From: a virus
DNA: 44,283 bases
Direction: 5' to 3' (one strand)
IMG/VR virus record: IMGVR_UViG_3300009421_000008
Location: 1 to 44,283 of that record
The position numbers and the translations under genes are program-made. The stretch's first letter is position 1. Every line of letters begins with the position of its first letter. The notes beneath the pieces are model-generated. The model was not told where the DNA came from and made no database searches. It saw only the letters and a program-made list of their open reading frames with translations. Below, piece after piece: positions 25,606 to 33,916 of the stretch.

Positions 25606-27675
25606 ATGGCGCAGGGGCAGTACAGCCAGGCAGCAATAGAAAAGCTTGCGTCATCGGGGCTCACAGTAGCAGACGCTAAAAAGCTTCATATAGACTATCT
25701 CAGTAGGGAGAGAACGGCCAAAGAAAACAAATCGTACAAGCCACTAGAAAGCCTCCGCTTCGCTTACCTAGAGCCCAGTGGAAAGAAGATGGGTAATGGA
25801 GTCGCGTACACGCGCATCAGATACCTAGAGCAAGAAGCAGGATTTGCTCAGCAGACCAAGGGCAAGAAGTTATCCTACATGCAAGCAGCGGGCAGTGAGA
25901 CGTATGCCTACTATCCACCTAACCAAGATTGGAGCATTCTCAATGACCCAACCATACCACTCATCATTACGGAAGGCGAGCTCAAAGCGGCTAAGGCTTG
26001 TAAGGAAGGATTCCCAACGATTGCGGTTGGTGGCGTCTGGGCGTGGCGTAGTGTCAACCAAGGGCACACATGGCTACCATCACTCGATTTTCCGGTTTGG
26101 TATGGCAGGCACGTTTATATTTGTTTCGATGCCGACTACCATGGTAACGCCAACGTCTCCCGGGCTCTTATCGCCTTGGCAGAGGAATTGGTTGACAGAG
26201 GCGCTCACCCGCATTTAGCCATTACGCCCGAGGTGGCGGAGATAGAGAAGACCGGCATCGACGATTTCCTGACCTACGGGGGCAAGGATGCTAATGAGCA
26301 ATTTGCGCTCATGCTCCACGCGTCTCCTATGATAGGCTTGTGCAAACATCTAATTGCCATGAACAAGAAATACATCTACGTCCAAGACCCGGGCGTGATA
26401 GTCAACCTGAAGAGTCTGCATAAAATCACCCCATCTGCTTTCAAAGAGCATACAGAGTCCAAAGAGAAGATCTTAGAGCTCACGCTCACGCCCGAAGGAG
26501 AGACTCAAGCTAAACGAGCATCGGCAGCAGCTGCTTGGATACGCTGGCCTATGCGCAACGAGTGTGGCAGATTAACCTACCGGCCAGGGGCCGAGAAAAT
26601 AGTGGAGAAAGAAAATGAGCTCGAGCTCAATATATGGAAAGGTTGGGGTTGTGATTCTAGACGTGGATCAACTAAGCCGTTTGAACAACTTATTGAGCAT
26701 TTATTCACAGGAGCTAATAGAGCTACAAAAGAATGGTTCCTTGATTGGTGTGCTTATCCCATCCAGAATCCTGGATCAAAAATGTCTAGCGCAGCTGTTA
26801 TCCACGGAGTGCAACAGGGAACTGGAAAGTCAATGGTCGGTTATTCGCTCGGACGGATCTACGGGGATAATTTCAGCGAGATTGACCACGCAGACCTTCA
26901 GTCTCCTTTTAATGAATGGGCGGAAGGAAAACAGTTTGTCATGGGAGACGACGTTGCGGGAAGTAATAAGAGGGCTGACGCAGACAGATTGAAGAAGATG
27001 ATCACTCAGCAAGAGATTCGGATCAATGGCAAATACGTCCCTAGCTACGCCATACCAGACTGCGTCAACTACTTCTTTACGGCCAACCACTCAGATAGCT
27101 TCTATCTTGAGGACTCAGACCGCCGCTTCTTTATCCATGAGGTAACAGTACCCCCACTAGATGAGCAGTTCTACACAAACTATATGAACTGGTTGGAAAA
27201 TGGCGGGGCGGAAGCTCTCTTCTATTATTTCCAGCACAGAGACATCTCGAAATTTAACCCCAAGGCCCCTGCGCTGCGTACAGCTGCTAAGGACAGCATG
27301 ATCAGCTCGGTGCAATCCGACCATGGCGCATGGGTCAGGGAGCTTAGGGACGACCCAGATAGTATGCTGATGATAGGGTCTGCCAGAATTCAGCGTGACC
27401 TATTCACGGCGCAGGAGCTCTACGCTCTCTATAACCCAGACGATAGGCCGATGCGGGTCACTGCGGGCACTATAGGTAGAGAGCTTTCGAATGCAGGCTT
27501 TGCCAAGGCCAATGGGGGTTCTAAGCTATTCTGCAACATCGACGGTCGCAGGCGGACGCTTGTGTTTTATATAGTGCGCAATAAAGAGAAATGGTTAAGC
27601 GCGTCAACCAAGGAAATGACCGCGCACATTAACGCTGCTGAGAAGAAGTTCAAAGCGGCAACAGCGAGAGGGTGA
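25606..27675 (+). CDS. Primase-helicase: Toprim-like N-terminal domain + SF3 (D5/P4-type) helicase
   Basis: Toprim-like IPLIITEGELKAAK...VYICFDADY. Walker A GVQQGTGKS. Walker B-like FVMGDD. GGAG N5 ATG at 25606 (GTG 25600 is an alternative). Confidence 0.75.
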   Translation: MAQGQYSQAAIEKLASSGLTVADAKKLHIDYLSRERTAKENKSYKPLESLRFAYLEPSGKKMGNGVAYTRIRYLEQEAGFAQQTKGKKLSYMQAAGSETYAYYPPNQDWSILNDPTIPLIITEGELKAAKACKEGFPTIAVGGVWAWRSVNQGHTWLPSLDFPVWYGRHVYICFDADYHGNANVSRALIALAEELVDRGAHPHLAITPEVAEIEKTGIDDFLTYGGKDANEQFALMLHASPMIGLCKHLIAMNKKYIYVQDPGVIVNLKSLHKITPSAFKEHTESKEKILELTLTPEGETQAKRASAAAAWIRWPMRNECGRLTYRPGAEKIVEKENELELNIWKGWGCDSRRGSTKPFEQLIEHLFTGANRATKEWFLDWCAYPIQNPGSKMSSAAVIHGVQQGTGKSMVGYSLGRIYGDNFSEIDHADLQSPFNEWAEGKQFVMGDDVAGSNKRADADRLKKMITQQEIRINGKYVPSYAIPDCVNYFFTANHSDSFYLEDSDRRFFIHEVTVPPLDEQFYTNYMNWLENGGAEALFYYFQHRDISKFNPKAPALRTAAKDSMISSVQSDHGAWVRELRDDPDSMLMIGSARIQRDLFTAQELYALYNPDDRPMRVTAGTIGRELSNAGFAKANGGSKLFCNIDGRRRTLVFYIVRNKEKWLSASTKEMTAHINAAEKKFKAATARG

Positions 27676-27676
27676 T

Positions 27677-28159
27677 ATGGAAAAATCTGCTTATCTGAGT
27701 GCCGACGGTAAATATAGATACAGTCTTTGGCGAAGGTGGGGAGAGACTCACAGAAATGTAATGTTTATAGGATTGAATCCTTCTACAGCCGATGCGCAAA
27801 ATGACGACCCTACTATCAGGCGTTGTGTAGGGTACGCAAAAGAATGGGGGTTCGATGCTTTGTCAATGACAAATCTTTATGCCTACAGATCGCCGTTTCC
27901 AGAAGGATTGTACGGCCCAGAAGATCCTGTTGGCTTCCATAATGATTTTGTGTTGAGAACTCAAGCTAAAAGAGCCGACCTTATTATTGCTGCTTGGGGC
28001 TCAATGGCAAAAATGTTTGGCAATAGACATGAACAGGTGGCTTCTATGATACCAAATTTACACTGTCTTAAATTGAATAAAGACGGAGCACCGGCGCACC
28101 CCCTGTACCTAAAAAAAGATTTAACGCCGTTTTTGTTTGCGGCTCCGGTTAGAGGGTGA
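27677..28159 (+). CDS. DUF1643-family protein
   Basis: YRYSLWRRW...MFIGLNPSTADAQNDDPTIRRCVGYAKEWGFDALSMTNLYAYRS matches my recollection of the DUF1643 signature. Confidence 0.65.
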   Translation: MEKSAYLSADGKYRYSLWRRWGETHRNVMFIGLNPSTADAQNDDPTIRRCVGYAKEWGFDALSMTNLYAYRSPFPEGLYGPEDPVGFHNDFVLRTQAKRADLIIAAWGSMAKMFGNRHEQVASMIPNLHCLKLNKDGAPAHPLYLKKDLTPFLFAAPVRG

Positions 28160-28160
28160 T

Positions 28161-28370
28161 ATGAACGGACCAACGGGACAAGAGTACTTGTCTGGCCTAG
28201 CGCACAGTAACAGTAGCGAGAACAGATCTAGTGCAGCCCAAATCAGAGTGTTGACCGATTTGGCTAATCAACTTTTGACTAAAATAGGGAAGCTCGAAGA
28301 CCGGGTTGAAATTCTCGAGTCGGACTACGCATCACGCTACGGGTATCTACCAACTACAAAGGAGAAGTAG
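28161..28370 (+). CDS. Hypothetical protein (69 aa)
   Basis: The ATG is 1 nt after the upstream TGA. The sequence is coiled-coil-like, LTDLANQLLTKIGKLEDRVEILE. Confidence 0.45.
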   Translation: MNGPTGQEYLSGLAHSNSSENRSSAAQIRVLTDLANQLLTKIGKLEDRVEILESDYASRYGYLPTTKEK

Positions 28371-28371
28371 C

Positions 28372-28800
28372 ATGAACGAAAGAGGTACAGGACGCACAAC
28401 TAGAATGCTGCAAGACGCGGTGGCTAGGTGTTTTGAAACTCAACGACCAGTTGCGGTGGTCATCCACAATAAACAATTTTTTGGGTACTGCGCGAGTCTT
28501 GTGAATGACGTCGTTCTTAGAGGGTCGGAAAACACCATTATAGATCCTAGGCGCCAACGGATTAGTTTTGGAGACAACAGAATTCTTTTCTTTAGCGTCG
28601 AGGAAATTGTGAATTCTCATAGACTGAGAGGGCTTGAATTGGGTGGGCTGTTCATCGACCATTCAGTATCAACTATAGTGCCCAACCATTCTGCGCTGAT
28701 TCGTCTTGAGCAAGAAATAGAAGTTGCCTTTGCTGGAATTCGGGGGCAACAAAATTGTAAGCGGCGGAAAACCCGAATAAACCGTTGTACAAGTAAATAA
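28372..28800 (+). CDS. Hypothetical protein with a degenerate P-loop-like motif
   Basis: AAGGAG N7 ATG. Starts MNERGTGRTTRML and has a hydrophobic-Asp stretch GGLFIDH. Confidence 0.5.
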   Translation: MNERGTGRTTRMLQDAVARCFETQRPVAVVIHNKQFFGYCASLVNDVVLRGSENTIIDPRRQRISFGDNRILFFSVEEIVNSHRLRGLELGGLFIDHSVSTIVPNHSALIRLEQEIEVAFAGIRGQQNCKRRKTRINRCTSK

Positions 28801-28814
28801 CTAGTTAGTATAAT
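28785..28814 (+). promoter_or_regulatory. Sigma70-type promoter with embedded palindrome (TTGTAC N18 TATAAT)
   Basis: ttgtac-aagtaaataactagttag-tataat. The spacer carries AATAACTAGTTAG (13/14 of the palindrome). Confidence 0.6.
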
Positions 28815-28863
28815 TTTGAAAGCCTATTCAGAGGCTGTTACCCAACCAATGGAGAAATACCAA

Positions 28864-29103
28864 ATGAGCAAATTGCTTGAAGATCCGAAAGTCGCCGCGC
28901 TTGTTGACAAATCTGTTACAAAAGCAAAGAAAGAAGCTGCAAAAGCTGCTGCCGACGTTGTTCAAAACTTGCTTGATAATTTGAAGGCCGATGGCGAAGT
29001 GCCCAGCGGCAAAGTTGCTTATGCTTCTACTCTACGCGACCTCAAATCTGGCATCAAAGCCGTCGGCACCGCGGATCTTTCCAACCCGCCGGCATCTAAG
29101 TAA
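28864..29103 (+). CDS. Hypothetical small protein (79 aa)
   Basis: GGAGA N7 ATG at 28864, downstream of the predicted transcription start. The track's TTG at 28816 abuts the -10 box, upstream of the expected transcription start. Confidence 0.5.
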   Translation: MSKLLEDPKVAALVDKSVTKAKKEAAKAAADVVQNLLDNLKADGEVPSGKVAYASTLRDLKSGIKAVGTADLSNPPASK

Positions 29104-29135
29104 CTAAGTAAGCAGCTACGATTGCGACAAGTACT

Positions 29136-29160
29136 CTAGGCCCTTAGCGGCCTAGTTTTC
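29136..29160 (+). terminator. Weak rho-independent terminator
   Basis: ctaggcc-cttagc-ggcctag followed by ttttc. Confidence 0.4.
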
Positions 29161-29174
29161 ATTGAGGAGCAAAA

Positions 29175-29678
29175 ATGAACGAGCACCCACTATTCCCCAT
29201 CTTCTTAGAGGCCATAGCGCAATGCACAAGGGGCAAGGGAGACAGGCACGGAGGAGAGCGCGTCGACTTCATGAAGCAACCATGGAACCACTATGGCGAG
29301 TTGCACGGACGTGGGTTTCTAACTGGCCAAGCCGCCAAGAAGCTTGAGGAAGCGGCATCAATTAAATACGACGAGGAATTTGTCAATGAAGCGCTTGGAG
29401 CAATCGTCTACATCGGGATGGCTATCATCCACGAGCGTAACCGCATCACAGATATTGACCGCATTGGCAGTATTGAGACTGAAACCTTCGGCAACCTTGA
29501 TACAGGTCAGAGCGGCAAAGAGACGATTGTCTCAGCAGTTGCATCCGGACAAATCGATCCAACCGTCATCAACCCACCAATCGGAAGGCGCATCGACGCA
29601 AGAACAGTCACCGATGCCGACCTTCGACGAGGTCCAGAAAAGCGCAGCCCTTCTTATCGAGCTACTCGAAACACCTAA
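29175..29678 (+). CDS. All-alpha MazG/DUF1599-like protein (N-terminal about 92 aa); the C-terminal tail overlaps the J-domain gene
   Basis: GAGGAG N6 ATG. GKGDRHGG...LTGQAAKKLEEAAS...NEALGAIVYIGMAIIHE resembles four-helix NTP-pyrophosphohydrolase-like families. The last roughly 76 aa look low-complexity. Confidence 0.45.
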   Translation: MNEHPLFPIFLEAIAQCTRGKGDRHGGERVDFMKQPWNHYGELHGRGFLTGQAAKKLEEAASIKYDEEFVNEALGAIVYIGMAIIHERNRITDIDRIGSIETETFGNLDTGQSGKETIVSAVASGQIDPTVINPPIGRRIDARTVTDADLRRGPEKRSPSYRATRNT

Positions 29679-29802
29679 AGAATGCCCGTCTTGTGACGGT
29701 AAGGGGAGGATAGAAGTGCGCCGCGGATTCAGCACTACTTACTGGCGGTGCGGCGACTGTGGCGGCCAGAGAACTAAGAGGAGAATTAAATGCGAGCTGT
29801 AA
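29386..29802 (+). CDS. J-domain + DnaJ-type zinc-finger protein ('mini-DnaJ', about 138 aa)
   Basis: GAGGA N8 ATG at 29386. LAVLRLKPSATLIQVRAAKRRLSQQLHPDK aligns without gaps to E. coli DnaJ [30 protein letters not shown] (HPD at 29542-29550). Helix-III-like FDEVQKSAALLIELL. Two CxxCxGxG-type motifs, CPSCDGKG and CGDCGGQR. Confidence 0.6.
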   Translation: MKRLEQSSTSGWLSSTSVTASQILTALAVLRLKPSATLIQVRAAKRRLSQQLHPDKSIQPSSTHQSEGASTQEQSPMPTFDEVQKSAALLIELLETPKECPSCDGKGRIEVRRGFSTTYWRCGDCGGQRTKRRIKCEL

Positions 29803-30200
29803 CGCCCAAGAGATCTAAGCTCAGGATGCCCAAAACCATTGGAGCATGTGCTGACCTACTGTATAAACTCAGAGATGAGAAGGCAGCAGCTAAGAAAGTG
29901 GTCGATGCTATCGAAGCTGATGAGAAGATGGTCAAGGAGTACATTATCCAGACATTGCCCAAGTCCAATGCTGAGGGCGTGACTGGCAAAGTTGCTAATG
30001 TAGCCGTAGTCCGCAAGGAAGTGCCTCAGGTCAAGGACTGGGATAAATTCTATGCACACGTCAAACGGACCAACGCGTGGGATCTTATGCAGCGCCGGCT
30101 ATCTGACTCTGCTGTTAAAGAGCGGTGGGAGGCCGGTAAGAAGATTCCGGGCGTAGAAGTGTTCACGGCTGTGTCTGTTAGTTGCACAAAAGCAAAATAA
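29790..30200 (+). CDS. Hypothetical protein (136 aa)
   Basis: AAGAGGAG N6 ATG. I recognised no motif. Confidence 0.5.
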   Translation: MRAVTPKRSKLRMPKTIGACADLLYKLRDEKAAAKKVVDAIEADEKMVKEYIIQTLPKSNAEGVTGKVANVAVVRKEVPQVKDWDKFYAHVKRTNAWDLMQRRLSDSAVKERWEAGKKIPGVEVFTAVSVSCTKAK

Positions 30201-30202
30201 CG

Positions 30203-30232
30203 GTGTACATCTCAAATAACTAGTTATATTAT
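30203..30232 (+). promoter_or_regulatory. Sigma70-type promoter with embedded palindrome (GTGTAC N18 TATTAT)
   Basis: gtgtac-atctcaaataactagtta-tattat. It is nearly identical over about 45 bp to the element at 36417. Confidence 0.6.
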
Positions 30233-30261
30233 CTAGATTCTTAATCCAAGGAGCAGTAACC

Positions 30262-31095
30262 ATGGCAGCAAAGAAACCAGGTACAGAGGTAATCAATTGG
30301 CAAGAGCGGCTTGAAAAAGAAGCCAACATTGCGGCCGAGCAAGAGAAGAATATCGGCAGCGGCGCTTTCTTCAGCCTTAAAGGCGGCATCCTTAGCTGGA
30401 ACGGAGAGGCGCTGCTTGAAAACAAGATGGCAGTTGTCATCTGCGACTCGGTCCTTGAGAACGTGTTTTACGAAGAAGAATACGACCCAGATGAGCCGGC
30501 CCCTCCGACATGCTACGCTTTTGGCCGCGACGAGGACACGATCGCCCCGTTTGAGAAAGTAGTCAAGGATGGCAATGCTCAAGCCGACCAATGTGACGGT
30601 TGCCAGTTCAATGAGTGGGGCTCAGCGGACAAGGGGCGCGGAAAAGCGTGTCGTAACGGGCGGCGCTTGGCACTAATCTCAGCCGGGCAGTTTGACAAGA
30701 AAACCGGAGAATTTGAGCTAGAGAGTAACAAGGCTCTTCAGACTGCGGCACTCGGCTTTATGAAACTGTCCCCAACCAACATTAAGGCTTACGCGACCTA
30801 CGTCAAGCAGCTGAGTTCCATTGCCAAGCGGCCGCCATGGGCCATGGTGACAGAAATCAGTGTTGTTCCGGATCCTAAGAATCAATTCCGGGTTATTTTT
30901 GAAGCATTACAGGATGTGCCAGATGAATTACTTGAAACTGTTTCCGCCCGCCATGACGAAGCCAAAGCCTCAATCGAATTTCCGTACGCAGACTTTGATG
31001 ATGAACCAGAAGCTGCGTCAAGAGGAAGGTCGCCTAAAGGCCGGAAAGCTCCTGCTAAAAAAGCGGCGGCAAAATCACGCGGAAGGAAATACTGA
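30262..31095 (+). CDS. Putative ssDNA-binding / annealing protein with a Cys cluster
   Basis: 277 aa. QCDGCQFNEWGS...GKACRNGRRLAL. The acidic-aromatic segment FPYADFDDEPE is reminiscent of SSB C-tails and is followed by a basic KGRKAPAKKAAAKSRGRKY tail. The functional call is tentative. Confidence 0.35.
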   Translation: MAAKKPGTEVINWQERLEKEANIAAEQEKNIGSGAFFSLKGGILSWNGEALLENKMAVVICDSVLENVFYEEEYDPDEPAPPTCYAFGRDEDTIAPFEKVVKDGNAQADQCDGCQFNEWGSADKGRGKACRNGRRLALISAGQFDKKTGEFELESNKALQTAALGFMKLSPTNIKAYATYVKQLSSIAKRPPWAMVTEISVVPDPKNQFRVIFEALQDVPDELLETVSARHDEAKASIEFPYADFDDEPEAASRGRSPKGRKAPAKKAAAKSRGRKY

Positions 31096-31305
31096 GATAG
31101 ATTTCAGAGATTTTCTCGCCGAGACTGGGCCCGTTAAATACGCGCGGGCTCTTAAATGTGTTGGCGGCATCAAGGTTCTTGAATATGGATCTTGGGAAGA
31201 CGCCGCCAATCTGATTGATTTGCCACTTTATGGCCTAGATTGGATGGGGCCTGTTAGGCAAATTGATGGGCCGGGCGCGTTGTCCGAGCATTACTAAGGA
31301 TTACC

Positions 31306-31515
31306 ATGCCAAAACGATCTACTAAGGGGGCCCTCGATTCGTGGGCCGACCTCAACAAATTTCTCCTAGATGCCGATGAAGGAGAGTGCGTTCAATTGTC
31401 TAGTGAAGAGAGGCGTGGTCGGCGGCGCCAACAATTTCTGCTTCGTATTCATTCGCGGTTCAATAAGGTGCGGGCTGAGAATGAGAGGCTGCGGATCAAG
31501 GAGGACGTATCATGA
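31306..31515 (+). CDS. Hypothetical small basic protein (69 aa)
   Basis: ATG ORF. Its TGA stop overlaps the next gene's ATG (ATGA). Confidence 0.45.
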   Translation: MPKRSTKGALDSWADLNKFLLDADEGECVQLSSEERRGRRRQQFLLRIHSRFNKVRAENERLRIKEDVS

Positions 31516-31811
31516 CCGTTGAAGAGAAAATGTCGTTCTGGTATTTGTTCATTGGCTCGTTTCCAAAGACTATATCAATTGTATTTGGGGTTGCATTTAT
31601 AGGAGCAGCCATTTTTTCCTGCGCCACGTTTATGAACGAGCTTATGAACGAGCCGCTTGGCATAAAACACACCGAAGCACTGGGAAATGCTCTTTCAACT
31701 ACATTGCTTATCGGCATGTTGTGTTTTATGTTGTTTGGATTTGTAGGAACTTTGATTATTCAATTGATCCTTAAGCCAATTGTATATGTGACCTACTGGA
31801 TGTTGTTTTAA
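31512..31811 (+). CDS. Small membrane protein (about 3 TM segments)
   Basis: Hydrophobic stretches FWYLFIGSFPKTISIVFGVAFIGAAIFS and LLIGMLCFMLFGFVGTLIIQLIL. Confidence 0.5.
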   Translation: MTVEEKMSFWYLFIGSFPKTISIVFGVAFIGAAIFSCATFMNELMNEPLGIKHTEALGNALSTTLLIGMLCFMLFGFVGTLIIQLILKPIVYVTYWMLF

Positions 31812-32018
31812 ATGGAGACTAAAATGACAACCATTTTGATAATTGCAATCGTTTCAATTTTACTGGGCGGTCTTAACGGGTTGAACCGTATGTGGCTTAA
31901 ACCGGGCGCAATCACCAATGACGTGAAAGCTTACTATATTTTTGGTGTTGGCGGCGTAACGGCTATAGTCTTGTTTTGCGCTTTGACTCTCTTCGCTGTA
32001 CTGTGGGGCTTCATATGA
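31812..32018 (+). CDS. Small membrane protein (2 TM segments)
   Basis: TILIIAIVSILLGGLNGL and YYIFGVGGVTAIVLFCALTLFAVLWGFI. ATGA overlap with the polymerase start. Confidence 0.5.
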   Translation: METKMTTILIIAIVSILLGGLNGLNRMWLKPGAITNDVKAYYIFGVGGVTAIVLFCALTLFAVLWGFI

Positions 32019-33916
32019 GCCATCCGGCTCCAGTCACCATTGACTTTGAGACACTGGGCATTCAGAAGCGGCCGCTGTATCCGCCGTGTCCGGTCGGCGT
32101 GTCTATTAAATACCCGGGCAAGCCTGCTAAGTATTACGGGTGGGGCCATCCGACTGGCAACAACTGTACTTGGGCGCAGGGCTACAAGGCACTAAGCAAG
32201 GCGTGGAAGCATCATGATGGGCTACTCTTTCAGAACGGAAAATTCGACGTCGACGTGGCAACCACCCACATGGGTGTTGAGATGCCGAACTGGAGACGAA
32301 TCCATGACACAATGTTCCTTCTCTTTCTTGATTCTCCACACGAGAATAGTCTCAGCCTTAAGCCCTCCGCTGAACGGCTTCTCGATATGCCGCCAGAGGA
32401 ACAAGATGCCGTGGGTGAGTGGCTCATTGAGAATCAGCCCATTACTGGTATCAAGATCACCAGAGGAAAGGGGGGGCAACACTATTTCGGTAGGTACCTC
32501 GCCTACGCGCCGGGCTCCCTTGTCGGAGTGTACGCTGATGGTGATGTTATACGGACTGAAAAGCTCTTCAATCTACTGTATGCCAAGATTGTTGAACAAA
32601 ATATGGTACCGGCGTATGACCGCGAACGGGAACTCATGCCGTGCCTGTTGGACATGGAGAGACAGGGACTTCCCGTTGACCACAAGAAGCTCGATTCAGA
32701 CGTTAAGAAGTATGCCACTTGGTTGGAAACCATTGACAGTTGGATCTATAAGCGAATCAAATGCGAAATCAATCTCAACAGCGGGGAACAGCTTGTTGAA
32801 GCAATGGTTGCATCAGGAAGAGCTGATCCGGAACTCATACCGCTAACACCGACCGGTAAGTATCAAACAAACAAGGATGCGTTGCTACTGGGAGTGACAG
32901 ACAAAACGCTTCTAGCGGTGCTTAAGTATCGCACTCAGCTCAACACATGCATGAGCACCTTCATGAAGCCGTGGCTTGAGATAGCCGATATGTCTGGCGG
33001 TCTTATCTACACCACGTGGAATCAGATTAAGTCGGCTCTAGGCGGTGGCAGCGTGGGGACAAAGTCGGGCAGGCTGTCATCTACACCGAACTTTCAAAAT
33101 ATCCCAAATGATTTTCAGCCCATTTTTGCTCACGAGCAGAAAGGTCTGGCTAAATGCCCATGGAAAGACCTGCCGCATTTACCATCAGTACGCCAATACA
33201 TTGTTCCGTTCCCTGGGCACATGTTCATTGACCGGGATTACTCTCAGCAAGAGCCGCGCATTCTGGCAGACTTTGACGGAGATGCTTTGCTAGAGCAGTA
33301 TCTTGAGAATCCTTGGCTTGATTTCCATGACAACGCGCAAGAGAAGCTTGCAGAGCGCGGCAAGATATACGATCGCAAACCGGTGAAAAACACAAACCTA
33401 GGCCTCATCTACGGCATGGGTGTGGGTACTCTTGCTGAGCGCAATGATATGGAAGTGATCGAAGCCAAGAGTTTGAAGAATGCTATTCTTGAAATGTATC
33501 CCGGCCTTAAGGAAATGTATAAGGAGATGAAGCGCCGAGCCAAGGCCGGCGAGCCCATCAGAACATGGGGTGGTAGAGTCTACTACTGCGAAGAGCCGAA
33601 GCTAGTCCGCGGCAGGCTGATGCACTTCGATTACAAGATGGTGAACATACTTATTCAAGGGTCAGGGGCTGACTGCACTAAGGAAGCGATTATCAGGTTC
33701 TATAAGTTCAAGCAGCCTGATTGGAAGCTTGTGCTTAACGTGCATGATCAGCTGACTGTCTCCATTGAGCCGAGGTGGTTGGGCCGTGCTATGCCGACCC
33801 TTAAGAAGGCAATGGAAGAACTTGATTTCGACGTGCCCATGTTAACTGAGGGCGCTGTGTCGAGAACGAATTGGGGTGAATTAATTGACTACGACAAGAA
33901 AGGAGTAATGCTATGA
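32015..33916 (+). CDS. DNA polymerase, family A (T7-like, with 3'-5' exonuclease domain)
   Basis: ExoI IDFETLG. Motif A DRDYSQQEPRILA. Motif B RKPVKNTNLGLIYGMG. Motif C NVHDQL. ATG 32015 overlaps the upstream stop. Confidence 0.9.
   Translation: MSHPAPVTIDFETLGIQKRPLYPPCPVGVSIKYPGKPAKYYGWGHPTGNNCTWAQGYKALSKAWKHHDGLLFQNGKFDVDVATTHMGVEMPNWRRIHDTMFLLFLDSPHENSLSLKPSAERLLDMPPEEQDAVGEWLIENQPITGIKITRGKGGQHYFGRYLAYAPGSLVGVYADGDVIRTEKLFNLLYAKIVEQNMVPAYDRERELMPCLLDMERQGLPVDHKKLDSDVKKYATWLETIDSWIYKRIKCEINLNSGEQLVEAMVASGRADPELIPLTPTGKYQTNKDALLLGVTDKTLLAVLKYRTQLNTCMSTFMKPWLEIADMSGGLIYTTWNQIKSALGGGSVGTKSGRLSSTPNFQNIPNDFQPIFAHEQKGLAKCPWKDLPHLPSVRQYIVPFPGHMFIDRDYSQQEPRILADFDGDALLEQYLENPWLDFHDNAQEKLAERGKIYDRKPVKNTNLGLIYGMGVGTLAERNDMEVIEAKSLKNAILEMYPGLKEMYKEMKRRAKAGEPIRTWGGRVYYCEEPKLVRGRLMHFDYKMVNILIQGSGADCTKEAIIRFYKFKQPDWKLVLNVHDQLTVSIEPRWLGRAMPTLKKAMEELDFDVPMLTEGAVSRTNWGELIDYDKKGVML

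Noticed and set aside
31051-31066. The A-run GCT AAA AAA GCG near the end of the SSB-like gene as a frameshift site feeding the start-less downstream frame
   Set aside because: The heptamer phase is T_AAA_AAA, not X_XXY_YYZ, and the downstream frame is +1 rather than -1. There is no supporting structure, so I only flagged the start-less ORF itself.
30860-31297. The 145-aa track ORF taken at face value from ATG 30860
   Set aside because: Its first roughly 78 codons overlap the SSB-like gene out of frame and translate to low-quality sequence. Only the part after 31096 is potentially meaningful (see the finding on 31096..31305).
32214-32846. 210-aa alternative-frame ORF (plus several minus-strand ORFs) inside the DNA polymerase gene
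   Set aside because: The polymerase frame carries all the family A exonuclease and polymerase motifs continuously. The alternative frames have no motifs or start signals.
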